A stretch of DNA of 64,000 nucleotides from an uncultured Rikenellaceae bacterium (GCA_964639725.1 CAZXFB010000001.1:180400-244399), one strand, 5' to 3'; counted from the stretch's first letter, positions 52,680 through 62,393 are shown. Notes: generated by a model not told the origin, from the letters alone. Translations and numbers: made by a program.

Positions 52680-53172
52680 AATAATTATGAACAAAACGAT
52701 GATAGAATTTAAATTTGAAAAACTCATTTTTTGGCAAAAAGCTATGGATTATGGAGAAAGTATTTATCAATTAACATACAAATTTCCTAAAGAAGAAATG
52801 TATAATCTTTCTTCACAAATCCGGAGAGCTGTCGATTCTATTGCATTAAACATTTCGGAGGGATCAATCGGGCAATCAAATCCTGAATTTAAAAAATTTA
52901 TCGGTTTTTCTATTCGCTCATTGGCTGAAGTAGTAACTTGTTTACACAAAGCATCCAGAAGAAATTATATTTCTGAAGATGAATTCAGAGAACATTACGA
53001 ATATGCATTTAATTTAATGAATATGATGGTAGCATTTAAAAATAAAATAAGGTGAGACAGAAGTCGGAAGTCGGAAGTCAAGACAAGAATAATTATTTTT
53101 TTCTGTTCTTCGGTCTTCGGTCTTCGGTCTTCCGTCTTCGGACTTCGGTCTTCGGACTTCGGTCTTCCGACT
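52639..53172. repeat. Heptamer tandem repeats flanking the four-helix-bundle gene
   Basis: (GTCGGAA)n at 52639-52677 and about 53058-53082; inverted (TCTTCGG)n at 53107-53172. Confidence 0.85.
52687..53055 (+). CDS. Four-helix-bundle protein (23S rRNA intervening-sequence protein family)
   Basis: FEKLIFWQKAM, FPKEEMYNLSSQIRRAVDSIALNISEG. Confidence 0.9.
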   Translation: MNKTMIEFKFEKLIFWQKAMDYGESIYQLTYKFPKEEMYNLSSQIRRAVDSIALNISEGSIGQSNPEFKKFIGFSIRSLAEVVTCLHKASRRNYISEDEFREHYEYAFNLMNMMVAFKNKIR

Positions 53173-53206
53173 AAATTTTACTTAAAAACCCTAATTTAAC
53201 TCCAAT

Positions 53207-54310
53207 ATGAAAAAATACTATAATATGAATATCCTAAAAACCCTCCCATTTCATTTAATTCTCCTTTGCCTTGTGATAAGTTCCTGCAAACAGAAAGGTA
53301 GCGAAACCAAAACTGCTGCTGAAGATAAAAAGGAGTCAGTTGCTGTAAATGAAGATAAACAGAAGGTATCTGTCATGGTACTTCGTTATGGTGAATTTAA
53401 TAAGGAGATCATCAGCAATGGTAAACTGATAGCATTAAAAAAGGCAGATCTTAAATTCCGCACCACCGAGAATGTTGCCACTGTTTATGTAAAAAATGGT
53501 GACAGGGTTATGTATGGTCAGGTTATTGCAAAACTCGAAAACTTTACCCTGTCCAATACATTAAAACAGAGCCGGAACCAATTCGATAGAGCAAGGATAG
53601 ATTTTCAGGATGTCCTTATAAGTCAGGGTTATAATATCAAAGACACATTAACTATTCCTGAAGGTATTATGAAAACTTCACGGATAAAAAGTGGTATTGA
53701 TAAAGCAGAGTCCGACCTTGAGATGGCCGAATACAACCTTAGGGCCTCAGTATTGAAATCTCCGATTTCCGGGATTGTAGCCAACCTTTTCTCAAAGGAA
53801 GATAATTTATCAAATCAGTCTGAAAAGTTCTGTACCATAATAGACGACAGTCGCTTCGAAGCCGAATTTCCAGTTCTCGAAAGCGAGCTGGCTTCGGTAA
53901 AAATAGGACAAACAGTTAGAATCATACCTTACTCTTACAACAATGTTGTGGTAAAAGGTGAAGTAATAAAAATAAATCCTGTTGTGGACCAGAATGGTAT
54001 GGTAAAGGTTGATGCTGTTTGTAACAATGTAGATCACAAACTATTTGAAGGAATGAACATCAAAATCGTGCTGGAAGAAAAAGTCCCGCATAAGCTGGTT
54101 ATCCCAAAACAAGCCGTTGTTCTTCGCAGCGAAAGACAGGTGGTATTCACGTACAAAGCCGGTAAAGCTATGTGGGTATATGTCAAAACCGGACTGGAAA
54201 ACATATCATCGTTTGTTGTAACTGAAGGATTACAGGAGGGTGATTCGGTTATTTATGAAGGGAATCTTAATCTGGCGCATGAGGCTGGTGTGGTTATTGA
54301 TAGTAATTAA
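53207..54310 (+). CDS. RND periplasmic adaptor (MFP) lipoprotein
   Basis: ISSC lipobox, VKNGDRV..GQVIA, LKSPISGIV, IPKQAVV. Confidence 0.9.
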   Translation: MKKYYNMNILKTLPFHLILLCLVISSCKQKGSETKTAAEDKKESVAVNEDKQKVSVMVLRYGEFNKEIISNGKLIALKKADLKFRTTENVATVYVKNGDRVMYGQVIAKLENFTLSNTLKQSRNQFDRARIDFQDVLISQGYNIKDTLTIPEGIMKTSRIKSGIDKAESDLEMAEYNLRASVLKSPISGIVANLFSKEDNLSNQSEKFCTIIDDSRFEAEFPVLESELASVKIGQTVRIIPYSYNNVVVKGEVIKINPVVDQNGMVKVDAVCNNVDHKLFEGMNIKIVLEEKVPHKLVIPKQAVVLRSERQVVFTYKAGKAMWVYVKTGLENISSFVVTEGLQEGDSVIYEGNLNLAHEAGVVIDSN

Positions 54311-54316
54311 CAAGGA

Positions 54317-54529
54317 TCCCCTCCTGGGAGGGGCAAGGGGTGGGTTTCTGCTTTTTAATAAAAAAATATGAACACTAAAAGAAAAATTATACCATATAAT
54401 CCGGTGTTCATTTTCTGAGGTTTGAAGATATTGAAGTGAAAAAAATATGTCAAATGTTCTTAGAGTTATTAAAGCATGGATAGAGAAAAATGAAAATCAA
54501 ACCCACCCCTAACCCCTCCAGGGAGGGGA
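54317..54529 (+). mobile_element. Internally deleted DUF559 endonuclease element with inverted ends
   Basis: About 30-bp inverted repeats enclosing MNTKRKIIPYNP joined to GVHFLRFEDIEVKK..NVLRVIKAWIE. Confidence 0.7.
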
Positions 54530-54618
54530 ACTCAAACATCAAGACAAAATGCCAAACAAAGGCCAAATGACACGCGAAGCGCAAATGACAGTGAAGCAAA
54601 TGACTAATATTAACCAGA

Positions 54619-57600
54619 ATGATTAAGTTCTTAATAACCCGCCCGATAGCAGTAATAATGGTCTTCATCGCAGCCGTTGTTCTGGGTATTGTAGCATACC
54701 ACACACTGCCTGTTTCTCTCATGCCCGACATTCCTATTCCTGTGGTAACGGTAAACATAACCTATAAAAACAGTTCAGCACGTGAGCTGGAGAATGCAGT
54801 CGTAAAGCCAGTGCGGGCTCAGCTTATGCAGGTGGCACATCTTAGTGAAATAAAGAGCGAAACCCGCGACGGACAGGCAGTCATTAACCTGAGCTTTGAC
54901 TACGGTACAAATGTTGACTATGCATTTATTGAGGTAAACGAGAAAATTGACGGCGCCATGAACTCCTTTCCCCGCGATATGGAGCGTCCTCGGGTTATAA
55001 AGGCAAGCGCCACTGATATACCTGTTTTCTACCTGAATTTATCGTTAAAAGATGCAGATTCACTTCGTTCCGATAATTCCGACGAAGCAGATGACCGGTT
55101 TATCGAACTGAGCGAATTTGCCGAATCTGTCATCCGTAAACGGATAGAACAGTTACCCGAAGTGGCCCTGGTTGACATCAGTGGCACAGTAAGTCCTCAG
55201 CTTACCATTGAGCCAGACATGCAGAAAATGCAGAGTCTTAACTTTTCGCTTTCACAGCTGGAAAATGCTTTAACGCAGAACAATGTGAATGCAGGCAGCA
55301 TGATGGTACGCGACGGGCATTACCAGTATAATATCCGCTTTACATCTGTGTTACGCAATAAAGAAGATGTAGAAAAGATATTCATTAAAGCTTCCGGGAA
55401 AATATTCCAGCTTAAAGATATTGCGCAGGTTAGCATTGATCCTCAGAAACGTACCGGCATGTTTGCAGCCAACAGCAAACCGGCAATAACAATGGCAGTA
55501 ATAAAACAGGCAAATGCCAGGCTTGCCGATATGAAAGATAAGATCAGGCAAATGGTCAACCGGTTTGAAAAGGACTATCCGGGTATTCATTTCGAAGCTA
55601 CCCAGGACCAGACACAGCTTCTCGATTACTCCATTTCAAACCTGAAGCAAAACCTGGGTCAGGGATTGTTGCTGGTAATATTAGTGGTTTTCATCTTCAT
55701 GAAAGATCTGAAGCTGCCTTTACTGATCGGCTTGTCATTAATGGTTTCCGTTATCATTTCGCTGCTGTTTTTCAGTATGATGCATCTCTCCATCAACATC
55801 ATTTCTCTTGCCGGTCTTATTCTTGCTGTTGGAAATATGATGGATAATTCCATTGTGGTAACAGATAATATAAGTCAGTACCGCGAACGAAACTTCACGG
55901 TTGATGAAGCCTGTGTTAAAGGTACAGGTGAAGTGATCATTCCCCAGCTTAGCTCCATGCTGGTTAACGTGGCTGTATTTCTGCCACTGATTTTCCTTAG
56001 CGGGATTGCAGGGGCTCTTATGTATGATGAAGCAATTTCGGTTTCTATCGGACTCTCGGTTTCATATATTGTCGGTATCACCTTTATGCCGGTTATTTAC
56101 CGGTTGGCATACAAGCGTGTCTACAAAGCCGAAAACAAGATCCTGCAGGTTAAAGAAAAATTGTTTAATGTTCTGGGAACCGGCTTTAAAAAAATCTTCG
56201 ACCTCGATAAAGTTTACACATCGGGACTGGACTTTACTTTCAAACACAGGAAACTGAATATTATAATGTACCTGATGATGCTCCCTATCGGGTTTATTGT
56301 GCTTATGGCAATACGTAAAGAAAAGATGCCTGCTCTCACACAGACAGAAACGATCATTACGGTTGACTGGAACGAGAACATAAACGCAGGCGAGAACAAG
56401 CTCCGTGTTTCCCGTTTACTTAAGACTATTGAACCTGAAACATTGCAAAGTAATTCTTTTATCGGCCGTCAGCAGTTCCTTCTTAACCGCGACAAGGAAA
56501 TGAGCCCATCCGAAGCGCGGATATATATTAAAACAGATATTCCTGAGAACGTCAACCGGATTGAGGATAAGGTGAAAAAGTTTGTTACTGAGCAGTATGG
56601 CAGAGCGAGGTTCGGATTTGAAGCTCCCACTTCCATTTTTGAGAAACTGTTTACCAGCAGCGAACCTCCCCTGGTTGCAGAACTTTCGATGATTAGCACC
56701 AATATTGAACCCGACATATCCGCTCTTTTAAAGACCTGCGGAGAATTGAATGGTGACAGAGTGCTAATGTCAGCAAACAAAATACCTCTTCAGGAGCATA
56801 TAGTACTTACTGTTGATATGGAGAAGCTATTGTTATACAATGTCTCCTACGATGCTTTGCTTAAGGAGCTTAGAACCGGTTTCAAGGAAAACAGTATTGG
56901 GATGTTACGCTCTTTTCAACGATTTATCCCTATTGTAATTACAGGTAAAGAAATGCTTGTAACCGAAATAATAGGTACCAGGGGGATCACCAATAACGAA
57001 AACGTAGTTATCCCGTTAAGTGCCCTTGTAACAATCTCTAAAGGTCAGGATCTGAAGACGATCACAGCGGGAAAAGAAGGGGAATTTATACCACTCCTGT
57101 TTTCACCCGAAGGAAATCAAAAAGACCGGTTTGTTAAACAAATCAAAAATTCGGTGCAAAAATCCGGGGTGTTCGATGTCCGTTTTTCAGGTTCTGTTTT
57201 TTCCAACCTGAAGCTACTGAAGGAAATAGGCATTTTGCTGATTATTTCAGTACTGCTGTTGTATTTTATCCTTGCCGCACAGTTTGAATCACTTGTCCAG
57301 CCACTCCTGGTGCTTATGGAAATACCCATTGATATTGCTGCAGCATTACTTGTCCTGTATATTGCAGGTCAGTCACTTAACCTTATGTCGGCAATGGGCA
57401 TGGTAATTATGTGCGGGATCATCATCACCGATTCAATCCTGAAACTCGATGTTATTAACCAGCTGCGAAAAGAGGGGTATCCATTGCTTGAGGCTATCAG
57501 GACAGGAGGTCATCGCAGATTAAGAGCTATAATAATGACAAGCTTAACCAGTATCCTTGCCATGTTGCCTCTGTTATTCACCAACGATCTTGGAAGCGAA

Positions 57601-57720
57601 CTGCAAAAACCATTTTCCTATGCACTTATAGGAGGAATGGTGGTTGGAACAGTGGTAAGCTTGTTTCTCGTGCCGTTAGTGTATTGGTACATTTATAGGA
57701 ATGAAGAAATTAAGAAATAG
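54619..57720 (+). CDS. RND efflux permease (AcrB/CzcA family) 2
   Basis: ITRPIAV, MMDNSIVV, AQFESL.QP, RLRAIIMTSLT. Confidence 0.92.
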   Translation: MIKFLITRPIAVIMVFIAAVVLGIVAYHTLPVSLMPDIPIPVVTVNITYKNSSARELENAVVKPVRAQLMQVAHLSEIKSETRDGQAVINLSFDYGTNVDYAFIEVNEKIDGAMNSFPRDMERPRVIKASATDIPVFYLNLSLKDADSLRSDNSDEADDRFIELSEFAESVIRKRIEQLPEVALVDISGTVSPQLTIEPDMQKMQSLNFSLSQLENALTQNNVNAGSMMVRDGHYQYNIRFTSVLRNKEDVEKIFIKASGKIFQLKDIAQVSIDPQKRTGMFAANSKPAITMAVIKQANARLADMKDKIRQMVNRFEKDYPGIHFEATQDQTQLLDYSISNLKQNLGQGLLLVILVVFIFMKDLKLPLLIGLSLMVSVIISLLFFSMMHLSINIISLAGLILAVGNMMDNSIVVTDNISQYRERNFTVDEACVKGTGEVIIPQLSSMLVNVAVFLPLIFLSGIAGALMYDEAISVSIGLSVSYIVGITFMPVIYRLAYKRVYKAENKILQVKEKLFNVLGTGFKKIFDLDKVYTSGLDFTFKHRKLNIIMYLMMLPIGFIVLMAIRKEKMPALTQTETIITVDWNENINAGENKLRVSRLLKTIEPETLQSNSFIGRQQFLLNRDKEMSPSEARIYIKTDIPENVNRIEDKVKKFVTEQYGRARFGFEAPTSIFEKLFTSSEPPLVAELSMISTNIEPDISALLKTCGELNGDRVLMSANKIPLQEHIVLTVDMEKLLLYNVSYDALLKELRTGFKENSIGMLRSFQRFIPIVITGKEMLVTEIIGTRGITNNENVVIPLSALVTISKGQDLKTITAGKEGEFIPLLFSPEGNQKDRFVKQIKNSVQKSGVFDVRFSGSVFSNLKLLKEIGILLIISVLLLYFILAAQFESLVQPLLVLMEIPIDIAAALLVLYIAGQSLNLMSAMGMVIMCGIIITDSILKLDVINQLRKEGYPLLEAIRTGGHRRLRAIIMTSLTSILAMLPLLFTNDLGSELQKPFSYALIGGMVVGTVVSLFLVPLVYWYIYRNEEIKK

Positions 57721-57780
57721 CCGGAAGACGGAAGACGGAAGGTGGAAGTACTTCGGACTTCCGTCTTCGGACTTCGGACT
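57721..57780. repeat. Head-to-head heptamer repeats with no gene
   Basis: (CGGAAGA)n followed by (CTTCGGA)n. Confidence 0.75.
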
Positions 57781-57814
57781 AATTGAAAAATGACATAAAG
57801 AAACTACACAACCC

Positions 57815-59293
57815 ATGAAGCTAAATAGAATAATTTTACCAGTGCTGCTTTTAGTAACAGTTTCCGTTTCCGGACAAACAACTATGTCCCTTACAGATGC
57901 GATAAAATCTGCCACCGACAGTTCACTTGCTGCCTTTAAAGCACAAAACCTTTATTTGTCTGGCTATTGGGAATATCGTACTTACACAGCCCAGAAAAAA
58001 CCTGTTCTATCACTTAATGCCAACCTGTTCGATTACAACAGAGCATTGACCAAGGTCTATAATTCGGTGCTTAATATCAACGAATATATTGAACAACAGG
58101 ATATTTATTCCTATGCCAATGCCTCAGTCAGGCAGAACCTTCCTTTCAGTGGAGGGACTCTCTATTTTGATTCAGAACTCAGCCGGCTGCAAAATTTTGG
58201 ACAAAACAGGTATACCCAGTTTTCGACAGTACCCTTAAGGGTTGGACTAAGCCAGCCTGTTTACGGTTATAATCCATTTAAATGGCAAAAGAAAATAGCT
58301 CCGTTAAAATACGAGAAAGCAAAAAAAAGCTATCTGCAATCGGTGGAATTGATCTCCTCCAGAATGGTTGATTATTTTTTCGATCTGTTAGTTGCCAGGA
58401 TAAGAGTTTCCATGTCTGTTACAAATGTCGCCAATTCTGATACGTTGTATAGGATCGGTCAAAAACGTCTTGAAATTGCTTCACTTTCACTTGCTGAGGT
58501 TCTCACACTGAAAGTTGACGCTCTTAATGCACGTAACGATTTGGCAGAAGCGAATAAGCAACTAAAAAATGCACAATATGTTTTTAATTCATATCTGCGG
58601 TTTGATGAAAATAAAACAGTAGTACTTTCAATACCTGAAAATCTGCCCTCATACCAGATAAATTATAACGAAGTACTGCAGATGGCTATGTTAAACAATC
58701 CTGACCTCCTGGGATATCAGCAACAGATGCTTGAATCGGAAAGTGAACTTGAAAGGACAAAGCGGCAAAATCTTTTTAATGCATCCCTCAATGCCAGTTT
58801 TGGATTGAACCAGCAGAATCCGTTGCTCTCAGCAGCATACCGGGATCCGATGGACCAGCAGCGGGCATCAATTGCGTTAACTGTTCCTATAATAGATTGG
58901 GGTCAGGGCCGCGGAAAAGTGAATATGGCACAAAAGAACTATGAAGTAACCCGGCTGACGGTTGAACAGGCAAATGTTGATTTTCATCAGCAGGTAATAA
59001 TGGCTGTAACTAATTTTAACATGCAGCTTGATATTGTAAAAAGCGCAAGTGAAACAAAAAGTGCGGCACAGCAGGCTTATGAAATGAACAAACAACGTTT
59101 TGTGATTGGAAAAGCAGATGTCAACAGCCTTGGTCTTGCTCTTAACCGGCAGGATCAGGCTAATATCAATTATCTAAATGCACTGCGTTTATACTGGAAA
59201 TATTATTATAATATCAGGCAGCTCACTTTATACGATTTTGAGAACAGAAAGGCTCTTATACAGAATTTCGATGAAATATTTGGGGTAAGGTAG
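57815..59293 (+). CDS. TolC-family outer-membrane efflux protein
   Basis: Signal peptide, helical repeats, PIIDWG; follows RND and MFP genes. Confidence 0.88.
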   Translation: MKLNRIILPVLLLVTVSVSGQTTMSLTDAIKSATDSSLAAFKAQNLYLSGYWEYRTYTAQKKPVLSLNANLFDYNRALTKVYNSVLNINEYIEQQDIYSYANASVRQNLPFSGGTLYFDSELSRLQNFGQNRYTQFSTVPLRVGLSQPVYGYNPFKWQKKIAPLKYEKAKKSYLQSVELISSRMVDYFFDLLVARIRVSMSVTNVANSDTLYRIGQKRLEIASLSLAEVLTLKVDALNARNDLAEANKQLKNAQYVFNSYLRFDENKTVVLSIPENLPSYQINYNEVLQMAMLNNPDLLGYQQQMLESESELERTKRQNLFNASLNASFGLNQQNPLLSAAYRDPMDQQRASIALTVPIIDWGQGRGKVNMAQKNYEVTRLTVEQANVDFHQQVIMAVTNFNMQLDIVKSASETKSAAQQAYEMNKQRFVIGKADVNSLGLALNRQDQANINYLNALRLYWKYYYNIRQLTLYDFENRKALIQNFDEIFGVR

Positions 59294-59439
59294 AATGATG
59301 GTCATTGGTAGTCATTCAATGGTCATTCTAAAGTAAAACAAGTGTATGACAATCGAACGAAGCAAATGACACCGAAGGCTGAATGACTGCGAAGCCAAAT
59401 AACGTGAGAAACGCGAATGACAATTGAATGATATGGACC

Positions 59440-60020
59440 TTATTCCGATTTCAAGAAGAAAAGCCAACAATATCTTTAGTATTTTATCAGATTTGGGCAT
59501 TCAGGATTTCAGAAATCGTGACCAAGTGTAAAATATTTCGACCACTTATAAGAAATATTGACCAGTTATGAAAAATTTCAACCACTTACAAAGAATTTTC
59601 ATGATTCGGAAAAATACACCATAGTTTATTACAGAAATGCTTTTTAATTTTAAAAGTATTTTATAATGAAAAAGAATATGGGATTTATTTTTGAATATGA
59701 CAAAAGCAAATGATAATAAATGTCAGCAAACCAAATGACAACTGAATGACGGCGAAACCGAATGATGCACGAAGTGTAAATGACACATAGTAAATAACAA
59801 TATAATTATTAACCTACGGAAATAAAAAGGCCGGAAACATTTAAAGGGTGACTTTTTGGATCTGCCCCGTGCTCTGAGCCCTGCGCCCTGCGCCCTGCGC
59901 CCTGAGCTATTTGCTTCCCGCCCGGAACCTTTAAATAAAAGAAAGGAGTTAAGGCATAAAAATTGTTGAAAATCAATAATATGAAAATGGTTTTGCCAGC
60001 CAGAGAAGTTGAAGATGATA
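59440..60020 (+). repeat. Diverged duplicate of 46680-47210 (LytTR 3' end, boxes, leader region)
   Basis: TATTCCGATTTCAAGAAGAAAAGCCAA.. shared; boxes at 59521, 59541, 59561, 59581. Confidence 0.9.
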
Positions 60021-60052
60021 AATTTAATAATAAACACTTAAAATTATTGAAA

Positions 60053-60349
60053 ATGAAAAAGAAAGAAATCTTAATAATCAGTTCATTAGTTGGACTGTTT
60101 ATTTTCATTAATCTCTCGATTGGCTTAAAGATTACTCAATCAGGTCAGAAAACAGAGTTGATTTCTATTATTAAATCTGCATTTGCAGATGATGAAAACC
60201 CATCATATTGTGAAGTATGTGGCACAGGTGATTGCGGATTAGTGATGGGCACTTATTCATGTACCGATAAAATTAATACATATAAGCTTTGCGGAGTCGT
60301 CTGCTACACAAGTTCTTGTAATGTCTCAGAACAAACCACTTGTCCTTGA
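60053..60349 (+). CDS. Cys-rich secreted peptide precursor (cassette 4)
   Basis: MKKKE plus TM, SAFA|DDENP, 8-Cys core. Confidence 0.78.
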   Translation: MKKKEILIISSLVGLFIFINLSIGLKITQSGQKTELISIIKSAFADDENPSYCEVCGTGDCGLVMGTYSCTDKINTYKLCGVVCYTSSCNVSEQTTCP

Positions 60350-60559
60350 TTTGAATTGCAGGGGTATATCTATGACCCTGGCAAATAAGGGCTAAAGCCT
60401 GATTCTTAAGGTCGTTTGATATCCCCGGACATAAGTCCGGGGTTATTGATAATTATTGACTTTAGTCTAAAGCCCGATTTTTTTTAATGATGCATTAAAA
60501 AGTAGCTTTATCAAAAAAATTGTGGATTTATTACTCACTCCAGACACTCATATTTTATA

Positions 60560-61756
60560 ATGATGAAAAAGGTATTAGGATTTGTTTTATTAGTTATTAC
60601 ATTATTTGTTTCTTCGTGCGAAAGCAAAAAAGAAGTATATAAATTGAAGGAGATTCCTGTCTTGTTTGAAGGTGAAGGATTTAGGGAAAAACTATCTAAG
60701 TTTGTATTATCTACTTCATATATTCAACTTGAGACAAGATCCGATTTTCTTATTGGGGCAATACAAAAATTAATAATACTTGATAAGATATATTGCGTTC
60801 AATCCAAAAAATTAAACGTATGTGATCTTAAAGGTAATGCATTATTTGAGATTAATCACTATGGGGTAAAGGGTCCTGAAGGATATATAGAACTATCTGC
60901 ATTACAGGTTGATACAATAGATAATGTTATTGAAATATGGGATCGAATGACTAGAAAAATTATTCTTTTTGACAGTAATAATGGTAGATTTATCAATACT
61001 AAAAGATTTAATGTTAATGCATATAATTTTGTTCATGATCAGGAAAAGAATTACTATTTCTATTCCGGTTATGCTCCAAATCCTTTATATATGAAAAAAG
61101 ATGAAGTATATCAGTTAATTAAATTTAATAAAGACGGCAAATTTCTTAATAAATTTCTAAAGGAGGAAAATATAAATAAAAAAATAATTGTTTTCAATAA
61201 TAATATTCTTTATTTATATAAAGGCGATATTTATTTAAATCCTCCTGCAAATAATTTTGTTTATATTATAAAGGAAGATAAATTGTCTGAAATATTTAAG
61301 ATTGATTTTGGCAAATATGAGTTAAAAGATAACTTTTTTGAAGGAAAGAAACAAGTGAACATAACTGGATTAGAAGAAACTAACTTTGCTTGGAATTGGG
61401 GTTCTTTTCGTGAATTTAGATATGGATATTCTTATTGCTATTTTAAAGATAAAAAAATATTTAGAGGCTTTATTTCAAAAACTTCTAAAAAAAATTTTGT
61501 TTCCTTGCAATTTGAGAATGATTTTGACGGTGGTTACCCAATAGTTGTTGATTGTATTCAGGATGATATATTTTTTACCTACTATGAAGCTTCAATAATG
61601 AAAGACTATTACTTGGATATTAAGAAAAAACTATCAGGTGAACAATGGAACAAGTTTAAAGCAGATCATCCTAAATTTAGCAAAATATGTGAAAAGCTAT
61701 CAAATTCAGATATCGATAATCCTGTAATTGTGGTTATGGTACCCAAAGAATTTTAA
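60560..61756 (+). CDS. 6-bladed beta-propeller lipoprotein (cassette 4)
   Basis: VSSC lipobox, IQLET, KGPEGY, DNPVIV. Confidence 0.85.
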   Translation: MMKKVLGFVLLVITLFVSSCESKKEVYKLKEIPVLFEGEGFREKLSKFVLSTSYIQLETRSDFLIGAIQKLIILDKIYCVQSKKLNVCDLKGNALFEINHYGVKGPEGYIELSALQVDTIDNVIEIWDRMTRKIILFDSNNGRFINTKRFNVNAYNFVHDQEKNYYFYSGYAPNPLYMKKDEVYQLIKFNKDGKFLNKFLKEENINKKIIVFNNNILYLYKGDIYLNPPANNFVYIIKEDKLSEIFKIDFGKYELKDNFFEGKKQVNITGLEETNFAWNWGSFREFRYGYSYCYFKDKKIFRGFISKTSKKNFVSLQFENDFDGGYPIVVDCIQDDIFFTYYEASIMKDYYLDIKKKLSGEQWNKFKADHPKFSKICEKLSNSDIDNPVIVVMVPKEF

Positions 61757-61760
61757 TCAC

Positions 61761-62393
61761 ATGAAGAAGAAATCTTTAATAGTCTTTGTAATTCTTCTCT
61801 TGGTAGCTATTGATTTAGTTTTTATTATACTTTGTACAAGCTTAAATAAGAATCTGCATTTAGTTGAGTATAAGTATAAATTGTTTTTAAAACAAGATTC
61901 ACTTAAGGCGAAAATGTATATTGAGAATATTTTGCAATATACCATTAATACCAGAGAAAAAGTTAAAGAGAACCTTGAACTTATTTCTGAAAATGGACAA
62001 AAAACCACTCTTCAAAGATTGGTCATTAAACGACCGGTAATTTTTTTCAAGTATTTTCAAGAAAGCTGTAATTCCTGTGTTGAGAGTGAATTCAGAATTA
62101 TGCGAGAAATATTTTCAACCGAAGAGTTGCAGAATATAATTGTCTTAACTACAGATAAGGATCCAATTAATATAAGTCAGTTTAAAGACATGAATAGGAT
62201 CAAAAACCCTGTCTACATAATAAAGAATACTTATTCAGATTTGCCTGTTGATAAGCTTGGGATACCTTATATGTTTGTTTTGAATGATTCATTATATATT
62301 GAGAATTTATTTATTCCTCTAAAACTTATATCAGCTCCATCAGTTGCGTATTATAAATATATAAAGTGTCAGTATTTTGAATGTTGTGAATAA
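61761..62393 (+). CDS. Membrane-anchored CxxC thioredoxin-like protein (cassette 4)
   Basis: N-terminal TM, CNSC, IPYMFVLN..LFIP. Confidence 0.7.
   Translation: MKKKSLIVFVILLLVAIDLVFIILCTSLNKNLHLVEYKYKLFLKQDSLKAKMYIENILQYTINTREKVKENLELISENGQKTTLQRLVIKRPVIFFKYFQESCNSCVESEFRIMREIFSTEELQNIIVLTTDKDPINISQFKDMNRIKNPVYIIKNTYSDLPVDKLGIPYMFVLNDSLYIENLFIPLKLISAPSVAYYKYIKCQYFECCE

Noticed and set aside
52687..53055. Four-helix-bundle protein as the Avd of a diversity-generating retroelement diversifying the peptides
   Set aside because: No reverse transcriptase and no template/variable repeat pair with adenine-specific mismatches is visible
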